From positions 3,409-67,408 of IMG/VR virus record IMGVR_UViG_3300021387_000104: a DNA stretch of 64,000 nt. One strand, given 5' to 3'. The position numbers and the translations under genes were made by a program. Every line of letters begins with the position of its first letter. Position 1 is the stretch's first letter. The notes under the pieces were generated by a model. That model had not been told where the DNA came from and did no database searches. It saw only the letters and a program-made list of their open reading frames with translations. Source of the DNA: a virus (lineage: Duplodnaviria; Caudoviricetes). Positions 36,223-46,187 of this stretch are shown piece after piece.

Positions 36223-36831
36223 ATGGAAACAATCAGAACGTATCATGACATGGAAAGCAGGACAAAAACAGAAGGTGATAACGTGAACAGTACTGAAAAC
36301 GCCAACGCGACTGTTGTTAGCGAAACGAAAAATAAAAAACGTAACGGCTTGTCTATGATGTGGAACGGCGATACTGAACCAGGCGACAATTCGCGCTACA
36401 TCAGACACGCACTCGTCGCTTGGAACCTGCCTCCAATAGACATTTCAGATCCGCAACAGGTCCAGCAACGTATCACGGACTATTTTGATTATTGCGAACA
36501 AAACGACCGTAAACCGCAACTCGTTGGTATGGCTAACTGGCTCGGTGTGTCCAGAGAAACCTTGAATACGTGGAAAAGAGGGGAATACAGAAGCGAAACA
36601 CACTCTGACATAATCAAAAAAGCTGTTGATGTGCTCGAAGAAATTTGGGCTGATTATATGCAAAATGGCAAAATAAATCCCGCATCAGGCATTTTTTTGG
36701 GGAAGAATTTTTTTGGATACCGCGACGTTCAGGACGTTGTTGTTACGCCTAACAATCCCCTTGAATCAGCCGATACGGAAGCGGCGCGTAAAAAATACGT
36801 TGACGCGCTGCCGGAAAGCACAGAAGACTGA
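36223..36831 (+). CDS. terS: Terminase small subunit
   Basis: ITDYFDYCE...P.LVGMA.WLGVSRETL..W HTH and IFLGKNFFGY.D; start uncertain. Confidence 0.75.
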   Translation: METIRTYHDMESRTKTEGDNVNSTENANATVVSETKNKKRNGLSMMWNGDTEPGDNSRYIRHALVAWNLPPIDISDPQQVQQRITDYFDYCEQNDRKPQLVGMANWLGVSRETLNTWKRGEYRSETHSDIIKKAVDVLEEIWADYMQNGKINPASGIFLGKNFFGYRDVQDVVVTPNNPLESADTEAARKKYVDALPESTED

Positions 36832-37012
36832 CACGGAAAGCAGAAAACAGAACATACGAAAGCAGAAACGGAAAGCAGAAGAAAGCAACCTATACGCTAC
36901 GTAATATATATATTTATTTATATACTGTACATTATGTACATTATTATGAATAAATATAATATATACGACGTGAGGCGTTGCTTCAATATCGAAAGCAGAA
37001 AAAAGGGCGATT

Positions 37013-37573
37013 ATGAGCACATTAATAGATCTTACTGGAATGAAGTTTGGCGAGTGGACCGTGCTTGAACGCGCGGAAAACAGGGGTGGTGCCGTCGCAT
37101 GGAAATGCCGATGCTCATGCGGAGCGGTTCAAGACGTGATTGGTGACAGCCTAAAACGCGGCGATTCTACAGGGTGCAGAAAGTGCATATGGAAACATAA
37201 GGACCATCCGAGAATGCATAAGGACGGATCCAGGCGATGGGTTGACGGCAAGAAAACGCATATCTATAGTACCTGGTGCGGCATGCGGCAACGGTGCAAC
37301 AACACAAAAAACAAGTCATATAAAAACTATGGCGGGCGCGGTATAAAAATATGCGATGAATGGAACAGGAACTTTCAAGCGTTTTTTGATTACGTTTCAA
37401 GGCTCGACCACTACGGTGAAGAAGGCAGAACAATCGACAGAATAGACAACAGCAAAGGATACGAACCGGGGAACGTGAAATGGTCAACACGAAGCGAACA
37501 AGAACGCAATAAACGCTTCAAAAAGAATCCGGCAAGCAGCCCAGACACGGAACGCCTGACCGCGCTACATTAG
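37013..37573 (+). CDS. HNH-family homing endonuclease
   Basis: DLTGMKFGEWTV, W.GMRQRC.N and TIDRIDNSKGYEPGNVKW. Confidence 0.82.
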   Translation: MSTLIDLTGMKFGEWTVLERAENRGGAVAWKCRCSCGAVQDVIGDSLKRGDSTGCRKCIWKHKDHPRMHKDGSRRWVDGKKTHIYSTWCGMRQRCNNTKNKSYKNYGGRGIKICDEWNRNFQAFFDYVSRLDHYGEEGRTIDRIDNSKGYEPGNVKWSTRSEQERNKRFKKNPASSPDTERLTALH

Positions 37574-38009
37574 CCAGGACGCGCCCAGATGTGCAGGCGT
37601 GGACGTGCTACATTAAGCGGGAATGACGGAGAAACACGGACGCGCGCGGACAGGATCATGATACTATCCGGAATGGATCGCGCACAAGCAACACGACACG
37701 CGCCAAACATAACACGCGCGCAACAGCCGCAACAGAAAAATCACGTGCGCGCCTGATTTGTTTTTCTGTTTGGGCGGTTCATATCGTCCGCAAAACGCGC
37801 CGCGCCGATAAAATGCGCGTATTGCCGCAAAATTTGACCGTGGAGCGATTGCACACGGAAAGCCGATAAAGTTATAATGCGCAAAATAAAATGCGCTGAC
37901 GGGCTTAAAAATGGGCTTAAAACGCATTTCAGTTTTTAGCGGGCAGCAGAAGAGGTGGAAAGCAGAAGAAAAAACCGCCCTGTTTCGGGCGGTGGTGCTG
38001 CGCTGCTGG

Positions 38010-38369
38010 TCAGATGACGCGCTTTTCCCGGAGGAGCCAGCCATAGTTGGCCTTGTTCACAGTGGTAGGCACGCCGTCGACAAAGTCGGTCAGTTCGTAC
38101 AGATCCACAATGCCGTCATCATCGGACGGCTCGTCCGCGATAATGGCGTTTATGCCGGTGCCGGCGGTAGTGTGATCGCCTACAACGATATACTTCGTGC
38201 CGTCGATACTGTAGACTTCGACTTTTTCCAACTGGCGGAGCAATTCGTCAACGGACTTTTCCCAATCAGCAGCCAGGCGCGTGACCGTTTCATCGGAAAC
38301 CAGAGTATTTTCGTGACAATCTTCTCCCCACAGGTCAGCGTATTCAGGGCGGACGGTGTAGTACTTCAT
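38010..38369 (-). CDS. Hypothetical protein (reverse island)
   Basis: AAGGAG RBS on minus strand. Confidence 0.6.
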   Translation of the reverse strand: MKYYTVRPEYADLWGEDCHENTLVSDETVTRLAADWEKSVDELLRQLEKVEVYSIDGTKYIVVGDHTTAGTGINAIIADEPSDDDGIVDLYELTDFVDGVPTTVNKANYGWLLREKRVI

Positions 38370-38444
38370 AGCGTTTCTCCTTTCATTTTTCAGCAGAATG
38401 ATTGTAGCAGAACGGTCACCGGCTTGTCAACCGGAAAGCAGAAG

Positions 38445-38714
38445 TCAATTGACAGTGAAACGGCGCGTTGTACTGGTCTTCGTGAAACGTTCGGCAATCT
38501 CCGGAAGGGCCTTTTTCAGGGCGGTAGTGTCGATTCGTGTGGTGGTGACGGGCTTGTACGTAACCTTGTACGGTCCGGCAAGCAGAATCTCTTGTTCGCC
38601 CATGTGGTTTTTGATTAGGTCGGTCAGGGCCTCGATCTCAGCTGACAGTTCTTCTTGCATGCGGCGGAGTTCCTGGAGTTCGGTAACCTTGGCGGTGATT
38701 TCAGCAGTAGACAT
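38445..38714 (-). CDS. Coiled-coil plus small beta-domain hypothetical protein (reverse island)
   Basis: AAAAGGAGG RBS; KVTYKPVTTTRIDTTALKK. Confidence 0.7.
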   Translation of the reverse strand: MSTAEITAKVTELQELRRMQEELSAEIEALTDLIKNHMGEQEILLAGPYKVTYKPVTTTRIDTTALKKALPEIAERFTKTSTTRRFTVN

Positions 38715-39093
38715 TGTAAGATCCTCCTTTTATGATTTGATTAAATGAAGTAGAAACCAGCGGACGGATGAGCGGAAAGCAGGACAGGAACGTGTTCTGC
38801 AATCTCGTCCCAGGTGCAGCCCTTGAAGTCCTCCAGCACGATGGACGGCGTAGTGTCGTGCGGATCCAGTGGGTAAAGCAGAGCAACGTAGGACCAGTCA
38901 GCAGAGGAACGGTAGAGAGGACAAACGGTGATTTCGTGGCCGTCGCTGGAGGTGCGCTGCATCTTGCGCAGGGAAAGCAGAGCGTCTTTTTTCATGGTGG
39001 GATCTCCTTTCAATGCTTGCAGAGGTAGTTTCAGAGAGCAGCGAAGATATCAGGAGTCAACCATTGCGGCCATTGCCATGGTGCAGCCTCCTC

Positions 39094-39834
39094 TCATGCT
39101 ATGCGGCATTTACTGCCGGTCCAGTAGTTTACAAGTGAGTCGATTTGTTCGTCTGTGTACATCGGAATGTTATATAGTTTGGTGCCTTCCGGCGTCATGT
39201 ATACGCCCTGTCCGTATCGCGGGAGCTGCTCCAGGCCGTTTACACCGAGAATATTTTTGCTGTCCTGTGCGGACCGCGTCCGGAGACCGACACGCGCGTC
39301 GAAATTAACCTTGATTTGTGTCGGAATGACCGCCGCAAGCGGGCACTGTGTCGCGGCAATCACATGCACGCGCGCGGCACGTCCAATTTGACATATACGC
39401 TGCAGGAGGGGCTGCACCTGGCGCTTATTGGTTGTCATCAGGTCCGCCAGTTCGTCAATTACAATGTACACGTCGGAGCCTGTGTATTTTCGCTCGTGCC
39501 TGCGCTGCATTTCCGTGTATCGTCTGTCAATGATTGCAATTCCCTTTTCAAGTGCCTTGATCATGTCGGCAGGTTCGCTTGCATATGCTATGCAATGCGG
39601 GCAATTTTTATACTGGACCAGTTCGACGCGCTTCGGATCGATCAGTATAAAACCTGATTCGCTTGGACAGTGTAGTAGCTGCGTGTAAATGATTCCATTG
39701 ATAACAACGCTTTTTCCGCTGCCTGTCGCGCCTGCAATTAACAAGTGTGGTTGTTCTGCCATATGCATATATAGCTTGTAATAAGCTCCGCCAGGGCTCC
39801 GGTAAATGGGTTTTTTTGAAAACATTGTTGGCAC
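39094..39834 (-). CDS. Stand-alone FtsK/SpoIIIE-family ATPase
   Basis: PHLLIAGATGSGKS, LIDPKRVEL, IVIDELADL, GRAARVHVIAATQ; no TM or gamma domain. Confidence 0.9.
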   Translation of the reverse strand: MPTMFSKKPIYRSPGGAYYKLYMHMAEQPHLLIAGATGSGKSVVINGIIYTQLLHCPSESGFILIDPKRVELVQYKNCPHCIAYASEPADMIKALEKGIAIIDRRYTEMQRRHERKYTGSDVYIVIDELADLMTTNKRQVQPLLQRICQIGRAARVHVIAATQCPLAAVIPTQIKVNFDARVGLRTRSAQDSKNILGVNGLEQLPRYGQGVYMTPEGTKLYNIPMYTDEQIDSLVNYWTGSKCRIA

Positions 39835-39843
39835 CTCCTATTA

Positions 39844-40086
39844 TTAGAACGTTGTTATTTCCATTGTAGCGAATGCGTCCATTTCAAACGCGATATTTTC
39901 AGGAGTGTTAGCGTATTTTTCAATCCATTCTGTAAAGTGATGAGACAAATAATTTTTAATGTTTTCGAGGTTTTCCGGCTTGTTTGCGAGCTGTTTAATT
40001 GCATTCGTAAATATTTCTGCGCTTTTCCTGTTGGTGTTTTCTGTTGATGTGTCAAACATGTTATAACGCCTCCATGAGATATTCAA
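39844..40086 (-). CDS. Hypothetical protein (reverse island)
   Basis: GGAGG RBS. Confidence 0.55.
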   Translation of the reverse strand: MNISWRRYNMFDTSTENTNRKSAEIFTNAIKQLANKPENLENIKNYLSHHFTEWIEKYANTPENIAFEMDAFATMEITTF

Positions 40087-40141
40087 CGGCTGTTAGAATG
40101 ATAAACCATGCTGCAATGATATAAAGCATTCTGCGCGCCTC

Positions 40142-40657
40142 CTATGCCGTCAATTTGCTTGCACACCAGCCGGAGCCTGTATAGATATTATCCGGATACA
40201 GCGACAACAGCAGCGATTGAATTTTTGCGGCGAATACATCGCAATTATGCTGTGCAAGCGGTAATTCGTGCGGCCATAATTCGCCGTCTCTGATCCTGAT
40301 GAATACGCTTGTATAAATATCATCGGACGTCCATCCTATTTCAACCTGTGCATTTTCAAGGATAATGTTTTCGTCGTGCCTGCTCCATCTGCTGACACTG
40401 TACAGCGACGGGAAAAGGCTTTTTAATTCGTCTGTAATATTGTGCAATTCGTCCTCGAACAAATCACAGTCAAATACAGGATAATTATAGGGCGTGCCGT
40501 GCTGATCCTCGGTCCAACTAAAACATTCATTATCAATGTGCCAGGCGTGCCCATTGTCACCAGGATAATATAAACCGCGTCCCATTGTAAAGCCTCCTTT
40601 GTGCTGCTTGTTTTGTTGTTCCGTTGCCTTGACTCTGCATTTTTCCAGGCTTGTCAC
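40142..40657 (-). CDS. Hypothetical protein (reverse island)
   Basis: Probable start MGRGLYYPG after AAAGGAGG. Confidence 0.55.
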   Translation of the reverse strand: MTSLEKCRVKATEQQNKQHKGGFTMGRGLYYPGDNGHAWHIDNECFSWTEDQHGTPYNYPVFDCDLFEDELHNITDELKSLFPSLYSVSRWSRHDENIILENAQVEIGWTSDDIYTSVFIRIRDGELWPHELPLAQHNCDVFAAKIQSLLLSLYPDNIYTGSGWCASKLTA

Positions 40658-40694
40658 TGGCTATGGCTGCATTAAGGCGGGCACGCGGGCCCGG

Positions 40695-41345
40695 TTAAAT
40701 CTTTTCGAGTGTGTAGCAATTGTAAAGCCTTCCGGATCCGACACAACGCCACTTATAGCCGCAAGCCTCAAAAACATTCTGGAAACACGACACGCCACAG
40801 CCTCCATCGAAATACGGCACTCCAGCAAACATATTAACGGAATAGGGAAATGCTTCTCCGTTTTCCGCGTGCTCGTATAAAATGCGCATTATTTCAGGAT
40901 TGCTATTCATTGCGGAGGCAATCGCGGAGGACTCTTTATCATATCCACAGCCGGACGCCGTTCCGGATGTTACGCGCTTTTCTGCTCGAATTTCTGCCGT
41001 AGGATTATAGCCCCATGTTTTACTCCGCTTCCATTCGACAGATATATCTGCATTTTTAGGCGCGTTATATTGTTCAATGAGCGCGATTTTTTCAAGTTTT
41101 TCAAGGCGCTTTTTTTCATTTTCGCGGGCAAAACGTTTGATCATGCTTGCCTTGATTGTATCCGGGAGAACGGTCTCACGGTCAAGTTGTTTTGCTGTTT
41201 CAAGCGCCTTTTTGGTCATTCTGTCGCGATAATACCAATGATCGAGCGCGTATCCGGTTGATATGTTCTGCTGCATGCCGTTTTCAAATTCCTGCATTGT
41301 TTTGTCATAATACGCATTTACGGCGGACTTGATGTTTTCAAACAT
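40695..41345 (-). CDS. Hypothetical protein (reverse island)
   Basis: AGAGGAG RBS; WKRSKTWGYNP and ASGCGYDKES motifs. Confidence 0.65.
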   Translation of the reverse strand: MFENIKSAVNAYYDKTMQEFENGMQQNISTGYALDHWYYRDRMTKKALETAKQLDRETVLPDTIKASMIKRFARENEKKRLEKLEKIALIEQYNAPKNADISVEWKRSKTWGYNPTAEIRAEKRVTSGTASGCGYDKESSAIASAMNSNPEIMRILYEHAENGEAFPYSVNMFAGVPYFDGGCGVSCFQNVFEACGYKWRCVGSGRLYNCYTLEKI

Positions 41346-41605
41346 GTTTTTGTCTCCTCTCTTTTTGTTCGTGTTAGTGTTTTGTTTTAGTGCCGTTTTA
41401 CGCTGTTTTAAGCGCCTTTATAAGTCTCTTGTTAATCGCCTTGACCGTTTTAACGTCCTCGATAGTCTGCCGCCTGGAGGCCGCTATAGCCCGCTCGAAT
41501 TCAATCACATCTTCAAGTGCGAGGCGGCGGTTTAGCTTTTCAAGCCGTCTGCCGATCCGGATATCATATATAAAATCTGTTAGTGTTTTCATCGTTATGC
41601 CACCT

Positions 41606-41995
41606 TCATGCAACGTATGCAGGATTGTTAATGAAATTGATGTTAGTATATTGTAGCGCGTTATCAATCGCACATTTGACGGCTTTTGCTTTTCCCTTGA
41701 CCGTATAATGTACCTTGTCAGGCGTCGCCACTGTTATGGTCCACTGATTGTCACATTCCGGATAGATTGTAACCTTGACAACCTGTTTGCCGCTCATAAC
41801 ATCGAATGAATCAATAATGATCCTGTTGGTTAATTCGTTCAATTCTTTGTTGAAATACTTTTGAAGACGTTCTACCGTTTGATAATTATAGGCGTCATAA
41901 ATTCCGATTGTCTTTGTGACGTCGGATCCGTCCGGCCATAGCGGGCTGTATTCGCGCTTTTCAATAGTAGCCGTGAAACTTGCTTTTTTCTCCAT
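41606..41995 (-). CDS. Hypothetical protein (first gene of reverse island)
   Basis: AGGAGGG RBS. Confidence 0.6.
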   Translation of the reverse strand: MEKKASFTATIEKREYSPLWPDGSDVTKTIGIYDAYNYQTVERLQKYFNKELNELTNRIIIDSFDVMSGKQVVKVTIYPECDNQWTITVATPDKVHYTVKGKAKAVKCAIDNALQYTNINFINNPAYVA

Positions 41996-42573
41996 TGCTT
42001 TTTCCCTCCTGCCTTGCGGCGTCCGCTGTTGGTTGCAACGGTTATTTCCGTTGACAGTTATTATTATACGGATATTTCCGACATTTGCAACGGTTATTTG
42101 CGTATTTTTCGGAAATATTCGTATTTACGGATATATTCTAACAATTCAACAGTTTTTGCACGTTTATTCCCGTATTTTTCCGGACTTTTTGCTGCATGTT
42201 CTAAAACAATGTTCGTGTTTTTTGCGCGTGCTGTGGTCGTTGTCGGTTTGCGTTATTTCATTATATAGGCGGTTCGCGTCCGCGTCCGGCGCTGGTCCGG
42301 TTTGTTGCCGTCCTGGTTCGCTGCTGTGCTTGCCCGCGTGCCGTCCGCCGTCGTGCCTGCTGTGGGATCCGCTGCGCGCGTCCGTTGTCCTGCTTCGCGT
42401 CCGTGTCCGGATCCGTTGCGCGTCAGCCTGCGCACGTTCGTCCACCCGCCTGCTTGCGCGCCTGCGCGCGCCTGCGCCGGCGCATACCTGCGGGGTTTTG
42501 GCGCAGGCCAGCCCCCTTCTTCTAACCCCTCCGAGTCCCGAAAAAAACAAAAAAGATTATTACGGAAATATAC

Positions 42574-42602
42574 TTGACAAACGCAAAAATCCGTATTATA
42601 TT
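42574..42602 (+). promoter_or_regulatory. Sigma-A promoter for the XRE/recombinase genes
   Basis: TTGACA-17 nt-TATATT, flanked by TACGGA/TCCGTA half-sites. Confidence 0.65.
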
Positions 42603-42633
42603 ATATACGAAATAAACACACGGAGGACGGCGT

Positions 42634-42858
42634 ATGAAAACGAGTGAAGCAGTACGGGCTATCATGAAGGAGAAGAATATTGGTAATAGTGCTTTGGCGG
42701 ACAGGGTTGGGAAGTCACCGCGGCTTGTTAGTGACAGATTGCGGCAGGATAATATCAGCATTGACAAACTGCGCGAATTACTCAGGGTGATGGATTATAA
42801 GATTGTTATAGTGCCAAGAAACACTGTACTCAAAACAAACGAGTACGAAATTGAGTAA
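42634..42858 (+). CDS. Small XRE-type HTH protein
   Basis: GGAGG RBS; LADRVGKSPRLVSDRL. Confidence 0.7.
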   Translation: MKTSEAVRAIMKEKNIGNSALADRVGKSPRLVSDRLRQDNISIDKLRELLRVMDYKIVIVPRNTVLKTNEYEIE

Positions 42859-42861
42859 TCA

Positions 42862-43476
42862 TTGCCAAGTGCGATGAAATGCAGGGGTGTGATTGAAGTG
42901 ATTTACGGCTATGCTCGTGTCAGCACAAGGGGACAAGCGCGTGACGGGAACAGTCTGGAAGATCAAGAGCGCCAGTTAATTGATAACGGGTGTGAGGAAA
43001 TCTATCATGACAGTTTTACGGGAACGAAGATGGACAGACCGGCGTTCACGGAACTGTATGGTAGATTGAAGGCTGGTGACAAGTTGGTCGTAACGAAACT
43101 TGACAGGTTTGCAAGGACGGCTGGTGACGGCATCAAGGCGATTGATGAATTGTTAAAGCGTGGCGTGTCGGTTCATATTCTCAACATGGGGCTGATTGAC
43201 AATACGCCTACTGGCAAACTGATGGTTACAATGTTGCTGGCGTTTGCACAGTTCGAGCGCGACATGATTGTTGAAAGGACATCTGCTGGAAAAGCCGTTG
43301 CAAAAGCGAGCAATCCGGAATGGCGCGAAGGTCGGAAGAAAAAACAGATTGACGAGAAGGTATTCTTGAAAATCGTCGAAAAAAACAAAAAAGGCGAACT
43401 CACAGTAGATGAGTGCTGTACCGAGTTAGGCATCAGCAAAGGCACGTGGTACAACAGGTTGAAGGAGGTGGCGTAG
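42862..43476 (+). CDS. Serine recombinase (resolvase/invertase family) with C-terminal HTH
   Basis: IYGYARVST catalytic Ser, [14 protein letters not shown] and [11 protein letters not shown]; true start probably a GTG at 42889 or 42898. Confidence 0.92.
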   Translation: MPSAMKCRGVIEVIYGYARVSTRGQARDGNSLEDQERQLIDNGCEEIYHDSFTGTKMDRPAFTELYGRLKAGDKLVVTKLDRFARTAGDGIKAIDELLKRGVSVHILNMGLIDNTPTGKLMVTMLLAFAQFERDMIVERTSAGKAVAKASNPEWREGRKKKQIDEKVFLKIVEKNKKGELTVDECCTELGISKGTWYNRLKEVA

Positions 43477-43778
43477 CGGTTGTGGTGGATACTGCTTGCG
43501 AGTGCGTTAATCGGGTTTGGCGTGGCTGAGTTGGAAGGGCTGGTACTCGGTCCTGTGATTGGGCTGGTGGTGATGCTGGCGATGCATGGTTTTACAAAGA
43601 ATGCTGGGAAGTGAAAAATCGCTCGAAAAACAAAAAAGCAGGTTAGTTATATATCAAAAAATCCGCGAAAAACAAAAAAGTCGTATTGTGGGCATGACTA
43701 AAATCACGCAAAAATGAAAAAGGCTTGTTATGTGTATAGCCGAAATTGCGCGAAAAAATAAAAAAGGGAGGAAGAATT

Positions 43779-43997
43779 ATGGGGCTTTTTAATGACGGAA
43801 CGAAGTTCAGGAACAAGGAGGTTGAGAAGGCGAAGATTGTAGGTGTTCGCACGGCAGAGCAGACGAAAATCATGGCAACATACAACTTCGGGATTTACAG
43901 TGTCCTGGTAAAGTTCGTTGACGGCAGTGTAGAACTGGCGGAAGTGAAGTATGACAGTCCTGACATGAAAACGCTGGTCAAGTTCATGGACGTATGA
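43779..43997 (+). CDS. Hypothetical protein
   Basis: GGGAGG RBS. Confidence 0.55.
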   Translation: MGLFNDGTKFRNKEVEKAKIVGVRTAEQTKIMATYNFGIYSVLVKFVDGSVELAEVKYDSPDMKTLVKFMDV

Positions 43998-44191
43998 AAA
44001 GCATCAGTAATAAAGAGTACGAAGCATACGAGCAGTACAAGACGGCGAAGGTACGCGGCGAGGTGCTGACGGTGGACGGGCTGCGTTTTATATGCGAAGC
44101 GAACGGATGGAACGCGGAACGGATCGGTCGGCACATGATAGAGACTATACAACATATAGAGCAGAAGCGGAAAGAACGATATATAGTATAG
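43994..44191 (+). CDS. Hypothetical protein
   Basis: ATGA overlap. Confidence 0.55.
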   Translation: MKSISNKEYEAYEQYKTAKVRGEVLTVDGLRFICEANGWNAERIGRHMIETIQHIEQKRKERYIV

Positions 44192-44307
44192 CTGCGTAGC
44201 GTGCGATAACAACTGAAGATATTATAACGGCGCATTATTGCGAATAAGATCGTGATAGTGCGCTGTTTTTTTATTTGCGGAAAGGAAAGGAAAGGGGATG
44301 CGGGGTA

Positions 44308-45975
44308 ATGATAGATATTACCAGTACGGACAGGGAATTGATGAACGCGCTGAAGTACATAGAGCGCAGACCGGACGAGCCTGAACCGTATGGTGACGTG
44401 CTTACGATGATGTATGAGCACATCAAGGGCGGCGAGAAGGAATACCACGGGTTTAATAAGCAATTCAGGGAACACGAGATCATACCTGCGACGCGCAGGC
44501 TGATGGATGCAGACATACACGTGCTGGAAAAGCTGAACGGTGCGTACAGAAAATCTCTGCTGATGGACGCAAAGACGGACTTTGACGCATACATGCTGTA
44601 TATTGAGCAGAACAGGGAATCAAAGAAGCGCTTTTATCAGCCGAGAAGGTCAAAGCTCAGACCGGTCGTACAGACATTGCAGGACTTGGAAGATGACAAG
44701 CTGGATATTGCGGGGGTCTCACTGCCGCCTGGTGTGGGAAAGTCTACTGTTTCCATTTTCTTCCTCTCATGGTTGGCAGGAAAGTATCCGGATGACCAAT
44801 TGCTGACGGGTTCACACAGCAATGCGTTTGTGCGCGGCGTGTACGATGAATGCCTCAGAATACTCGCGAAGAACGGGGAATATCTCTGGCATGACGTGTT
44901 TCCTGATTTGTCTGTATCGAACACCAACGCGAAGGACTGCCGCATAGATGTTGGCAAGCGGAACAGGTTTGAAACGCTGGAGTTTACGTCCATCGGCACA
45001 GGAAACGCCGGCCTGTACCGCGCGTCAAAACTGTTGTATTGTGATGACTTGGTAAGCGGCATTGAGGTAGCTTTGTCCCGTGACCGCTTGGATAAGCTAT
45101 GGGAGACCTACACGACCGACCTGCGGCAGAGAAAAATCGGCGACCATTGCAAAGAACTGCACGTCGCTACGCGCTGGTCTGTCAGGGACGTGATCGGGCG
45201 GCTTCAAAACCAGTACGAAGGGAACGACAGGGCAAGGTTCATTGTCATTCCGGCGCTGAACGAAAAAGATGAAAGCAATTTTGATTATATCGGCGGTGTG
45301 GGGTTCAGTACCGCATTCTATCATGAGCAGCGGGATATTATGGATGACGCATCATGGCGTGCCTTGTACATGAATCAGCCGATAGAGCGGGAGGGCCAGC
45401 TTTACCACCCGGATGATCTTCGGCGTTTCTTCGACATCCCGGAGCGTGAACCGGATGGTATCGTGGCCATATGCGACACGAAAGCTAAGGGCAGTGACTA
45501 CGCATTCATGCCGATAGCAATGCTGTACGGTCAGGACGCCTATATCATCGATTGCATTTGCGACAACGGTGACCCAGGCCTGGTCGAGGAACGGATCGCG
45601 CAGTGCCTGTTCAAAAACAAAGTGCAGGACTGTCAGTTCGAGAGCAACAGCGCAGGTTGGCACATCGCGGAAAAAGTGCAAAAAAGGGTCGAGCAACTTG
45701 GCTGGCATACACACATCACGACAAAGCCGACCACGTCCAACAAGGAAACGAAGATCGTTGTAAACGCCCCAGAAGTAAAAAGGCGCTGTCTGTTCTTCGA
45801 TAGCAGTAAATACAAGATGAACAGTGACTATGGTAAGATGATGAACATGCTGACCGGATACACGCTTGTCGGGAAAAATAAGCACGATGACGTTCCGGAT
45901 GGTATGGCTATGCTCATTCTGTATTTGCAGAGCATGGTCAGCGGTAAGGTGGAAGTCATACAGCGCCCGTTCTGA
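44308..45975 (+). CDS. terL: Terminase large subunit
   Basis: Walker A PPGVGKS, Walker B YCDDLVSG, VATRWS and nuclease HDDVPD. Confidence 0.92.
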   Translation: MIDITSTDRELMNALKYIERRPDEPEPYGDVLTMMYEHIKGGEKEYHGFNKQFREHEIIPATRRLMDADIHVLEKLNGAYRKSLLMDAKTDFDAYMLYIEQNRESKKRFYQPRRSKLRPVVQTLQDLEDDKLDIAGVSLPPGVGKSTVSIFFLSWLAGKYPDDQLLTGSHSNAFVRGVYDECLRILAKNGEYLWHDVFPDLSVSNTNAKDCRIDVGKRNRFETLEFTSIGTGNAGLYRASKLLYCDDLVSGIEVALSRDRLDKLWETYTTDLRQRKIGDHCKELHVATRWSVRDVIGRLQNQYEGNDRARFIVIPALNEKDESNFDYIGGVGFSTAFYHEQRDIMDDASWRALYMNQPIEREGQLYHPDDLRRFFDIPEREPDGIVAICDTKAKGSDYAFMPIAMLYGQDAYIIDCICDNGDPGLVEERIAQCLFKNKVQDCQFESNSAGWHIAEKVQKRVEQLGWHTHITTKPTTSNKETKIVVNAPEVKRRCLFFDSSKYKMNSDYGKMMNMLTGYTLVGKNKHDDVPDGMAMLILYLQSMVSGKVEVIQRPF

Positions 45976-46042
45976 TCCTGAGAAAATGTGAAATGCAAAA
46001 TAATATATAAATTATAATAAACGGCAAAAATACCGTGAATTA

Positions 46043-46071
46043 TTGACAAATCATAATGTTTGTGTTATATT
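46043..46071 (+). promoter_or_regulatory. Promoter for the head operon
   Basis: TTGACA-17 nt-TATATT with extended -10 TG. Confidence 0.7.
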
Positions 46072-46187
46072 AGTAGCGGGTTAGACTACTGACCCGCTTT
46101 AAGGCGCTACATTGCGCAGACTGCACGAGCAGTTTGTTTTTGCAATGCAGCGCCTTTTTCATTTCACGGTCAAGGGAGGGACGGCAA

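Noticed and set aside
46110-46150. CATTGC near the portal leader as a sixth Ro60-array unit
   Set aside because: Here CATTGC is base-paired with GCAATG, and there is no TTTAT loop, GTTACTTC or T arm.
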